Origin: Pseudomonadota bacterium
GTDB taxonomy: Bacteria > Pseudomonadota > Gammaproteobacteria > Steroidobacterales > Rariloculaceae
Assembly: GCA_036337035.1 (NCBI GenBank)
Contig: JAYZFC010000007.1
Location: 41,438 to 105,437, forward strand
Length of the DNA stretch: 64,000 nucleotides
Direction: 5' to 3'
Below are positions 61,334 through 64,000 of this stretch, in pieces; positions within the stretch are counted from its first letter, which is position 1; each line of letters starts with the position of its first letter. The notes beneath the pieces were generated by a model that saw only the letters and a list, made by a program, of their open reading frames with translations, did not search any database and was not told the DNA's origin. Both the position numbers and the translations under genes were made by a program.

Positions 61334-61891
61334 ATGATGCATAAGTTGGATATAGAAATAAAAAATGGCTGGATTGAACATGTTAGGAGAGTTGTTTCTC
61401 CTAATTATGATGATAGACCGGATGATTCGAAGCTTGAAATCATTGTTATACATGGAATTAGCTTACCTCCAGGTGATTTTGGTGGAAATGGTATAGACCA
61501 ACTTTTCACCAATCAGATCAATGAATATGATCATCCATATTATAAGAAAATATCAAACATAAAAGTATCAAGCCATGTTTTAATTAATAGAGAAGGTAGT
61601 ATTACTCAATATGTATCTTTTCTTAAAAGAGCTTGGCATGCCGGTGAGTCAAGTCATTTAGGTAAGGGAAGTTGTAATGATTATTCTATAGGCATTGAGC
61701 TTGAGGGCACAGATGATAATCCTTATGAAGATAAACAATATCTTTGTTTAGCAAAATTAATTAAGTCACTAAAGAAAAATTATGTATCTTTAAATGATGG
61801 AGATATTGTTGGCCATTGTGATATAGCACCAGGTAGAAAAACCGATCCTGGAAAAAGCTTTGATTGGCGCTATTTATCATCCTTACTCTAA
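61334..61891 (+). CDS. ampD: 1,6-anhydro-N-acetylmuramyl-L-alanine amidase
   Basis: 185 aa, collinear with E. coli AmpD (SPNYDDRPDD, HGISLPPGDFGG, RAWHAGES, GHCDIAPGRKTDPG). Confidence 0.92.
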   Translation: MMHKLDIEIKNGWIEHVRRVVSPNYDDRPDDSKLEIIVIHGISLPPGDFGGNGIDQLFTNQINEYDHPYYKKISNIKVSSHVLINREGSITQYVSFLKRAWHAGESSHLGKGSCNDYSIGIELEGTDDNPYEDKQYLCLAKLIKSLKKNYVSLNDGDIVGHCDIAPGRKTDPGKSFDWRYLSSLL

Positions 61892-61901
61892 TAAGTTACT
61901 A

Positions 61902-62462
61902 TTATTTTTTTAGTTTTGGATTCCAGAATGTTTCTAAATTTCCTTCATCTTTAATAATTGCTCTTGCTAGGACAAATAGCAAGTCAGATAACCTATTAAG
62001 ATATTTAGGAATGTCTTCACTGATTTTATCATTGCTGTTCTTTATAAGATCCCACGCTCTTCTTTCAGTCCTTCTACATATAGATCTTGCAAGATGGCAA
62101 TATGCTGTAGAGCTTGTACCCCTTGGCAGAATGAATTCCTTTAGGTGTGGTAATTTATTGTTATAACTATCTAGCTCATTTTCTAATTGAGAAATATCAT
62201 TACTAGAGATAGCTTTATAATTAGGTTGTGACAATTCGCCCCCGATATCAAAAAGTTGGTGTTGAACTTTATCAAGAGTTTTCTTTATTTTTTCAGATAA
62301 ATTATCATTAATTAAAATAAGACCTATGGCACTATTAAGCTCATCAATAGCACCTATACATTCAATAATTTTATCAGTTTTGTATAATCTTTCTTTTCCA
62401 GAGAGCGAAGTTTTACCTTTATCCCCATTTTTGGTATATATTTTTGTTAGTCTATTTTTCAT
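61902..62462 (-). CDS. ATP:cob(I)alamin adenosyltransferase, PduO/MMAB type
   Basis: 186 aa. IYTKNGDKGKTSL N-terminal motif and LPRG...CHLARSICRRTER. Confidence 0.88.
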   Translation of the reverse strand: MKNRLTKIYTKNGDKGKTSLSGKERLYKTDKIIECIGAIDELNSAIGLILINDNLSEKIKKTLDKVQHQLFDIGGELSQPNYKAISSNDISQLENELDSYNNKLPHLKEFILPRGTSSTAYCHLARSICRRTERRAWDLIKNSNDKISEDIPKYLNRLSDLLFVLARAIIKDEGNLETFWNPKLKK

Positions 62463-62515
62463 AATATGCTTAAATTATCAAAGTTATTAATTTTAAAAAA
62501 AACTATTTTTTATAT

Positions 62516-63196
62516 TTAAGGTTGCAAATATTCAGATTCCCATTTACTGCATACAAAAGTATTATTTTTAGCTTCTATTTTTCTTTTAAAGCATAATCTT
62601 TCATGATATCTATCTTTACCTTCATGCCAGAATTCAATCATACTCATCCAAAATCTAAAACCACCCCAATAACTAGGTCTAGGAATATCTATTTTATTAT
62701 CTAATTTTTTTGATAATAATTGATCTCTTGATATACCAAAAGCCTCAGCTTTTTTTATTATTTCTTCTTTTAGGCCATCTGGACTTTTTAGAGGCTGGCT
62801 CTGCATGCTAGACCATGCATTTAGCTGGCTTAGCCAGGATCTTTGCGAGAAATAATTATTACTTTCTGTATCAGGCGAGCGGATTGCGTTACCTTCTATT
62901 CTTATTTGTCTTCCTAGTTGATCCCAATGAAATATGCCTGCTACTGAATTATTAATATTTAATTGTTGAGACTTTCTGGATAAATAGTTTGTATAGAATG
63001 TAATATAGTCTAACTTACTAGATAGATTTTTAACTAGAACCATTCTTGATGAAACAGTGTTATTATTGCCTACCGTAGATAGGCTCATAGCATTAGGATG
63101 ACGTTGAATTTTCTGATCAATAGCTTCATTAAACCATTTTTCGAGTAGTTGTAATGGATTGTCAGATTTATCAAAAATTGGTCTATTTTTATTCAA
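62516..63196 (-). CDS. pdxH: Pyridoxamine 5'-phosphate oxidase
   Basis: 226 aa. RMVLVK, RQIRIEG and EFWHEGKDRYHERL motifs; TTG start. Confidence 0.88.
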   Translation of the reverse strand: MNKNRPIFDKSDNPLQLLEKWFNEAIDQKIQRHPNAMSLSTVGNNNTVSSRMVLVKNLSSKLDYITFYTNYLSRKSQQLNINNSVAGIFHWDQLGRQIRIEGNAIRSPDTESNNYFSQRSWLSQLNAWSSMQSQPLKSPDGLKEEIIKKAEAFGISRDQLLSKKLDNKIDIPRPSYWGGFRFWMSMIEFWHEGKDRYHERLCFKRKIEAKNNTFVCSKWESEYLQP

Positions 63197-63338
63197 AAGA
63201 TTTATTTTTATTCATTATTTGGTAGCATTTATCATAGATCAATAATACTCTAAATTATATTATCTGTCAGACTTTGATAACTTTTTGAAATTAAAAATAG
63301 GTGCTTTGCAAAACTAATTTATTAAGGAGGCTAACATT

Positions 63339-64000
63339 ATGAGTCTAGATCAACTAAGGAATAGATTGACTATAGTTGATAAAGAGCTGATTGAGTTAAT
63401 ATCTGAGAGGCAAAAAATAGTAAGTGAAGTAAGTGCTTATAAAATTAAAACTGGAATTGCTATTAGAGATTATGGTAGAGAATCTAAAATACTGAAAAGT
63501 GTAGAAAAACAATCAATTAGCTTAGGTCTTGATCCAACTCTAGCCAAAGAGATAATGAAATTATTAATAAGCGCTTCACTTCAGCAGCAAGAAAAGTCAA
63601 AAGTTTCAGCTAATAGCGATGGAGAAGGAAAGCGCGCTCTAATTATTGGCGGTGCCGGTAAAATGGGTTTTTGGATGGCCGATTTTTTAAACTCTCAAAA
63701 TTTTTTAGTTGAGATTGCTGATAATAGTAATACTGAAACAATTTATCCAAAAATAGATTGGTTAAATGATAATATTGAACATGATGTAATAGTAGTTGCT
63801 ACTCCTATAAAATCAACAGTAAATGTTTTAACTACTTTGGCAAAAAAGAAGCCAAAAGGTTTAATATTTGATATAGGTTCATTAAAAACACCCTTGAAAC
63901 AGGGTATTAATGATTTAATAGACTCTGGATGTAAAGCAACTTCTATACACCCGATGTTTGGACCTGATACACAGTTATTATCTGGTCGCCATATCATCTT
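63339..64000 (+). CDS. tyrA: Bifunctional chorismate mutase / prephenate dehydrogenase, 3'-truncated by the window edge (absent from the ORF track)
   Basis: ATG at 63339, 8 nt after AAGGAGG. Hand translation gives MSLDQLRNRLTIVDKELIELISERQKIVSEV... (chorismate mutase type II), then ALIIGGAGKMGFW (NAD fold) and TSIHPMFGP. The frame stays open to base 64000. Confidence 0.88.
   Translation, partial: MSLDQLRNRLTIVDKELIELISERQKIVSEVSAYKIKTGIAIRDYGRESKILKSVEKQSISLGLDPTLAKEIMKLLISASLQQQEKSKVSANSDGEGKRALIIGGAGKMGFWMADFLNSQNFLVEIADNSNTETIYPKIDWLNDNIEHDVIVVATPIKSTVNVLTTLAKKKPKGLIFDIGSLKTPLKQGINDLIDSGCKATSIHPMFGPDTQLLSGRHII

Noticed and set aside
63743-63997. 84-aa minus-strand ORF at the right edge
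   Set aside because: It lies antisense to the clearly recognisable, SD-preceded tyrA frame that runs off the window.

Overview
AT-rich (about one-third GC by eye), very gene-dense chromosomal segment of a Gammaproteobacterium. Several neighbourhoods match E. coli/Pseudomonas-type synteny as I remember it: trxA-rho, dsbD-aroQ-accBC...fis-purHD, gshB-ruvX...pyrB, yggS-yggT, hldD-waaF, mlaFEDCB. I can support about 75 protein genes, one tRNA-Phe, two CIRCE operators, one clear intrinsic terminator and a few repeats. Two genes are missing from the ORF track: rpmG (below the size cutoff) and a 3'-truncated tyrA at the right edge. gltB is truncated at the left edge. I saw no rRNA, CRISPR array, transposase, integrase, phage genes or recognisable defence or toxin-antitoxin system. 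I did not find a convincing multi-gene novel system, and most of the window is housekeeping. The points most worth a second look: (1) an 18/18 CIRCE (HrcA operator) directly upstream of rpoH, plus a second CIRCE in the groESL leader, which suggests HrcA control of sigma-32; (2) the only accessory-looking stretch, 22.0-26.4 kb, where tRNA-Phe and a decayed copy of its 3' half bracket a GC-richer dehydratase gene, followed by lipoprotein, FN3/Ig, GST-like and YHYH genes; (3) a 61-codon basic N-terminal extension on Rho with a strong SD and TTG start; (4) pyrB flanked by a secreted SNase-like nuclease and an orphan PyrK-like flavoprotein. All function calls rest on motifs and similarity recognised by eye; no database search was run.
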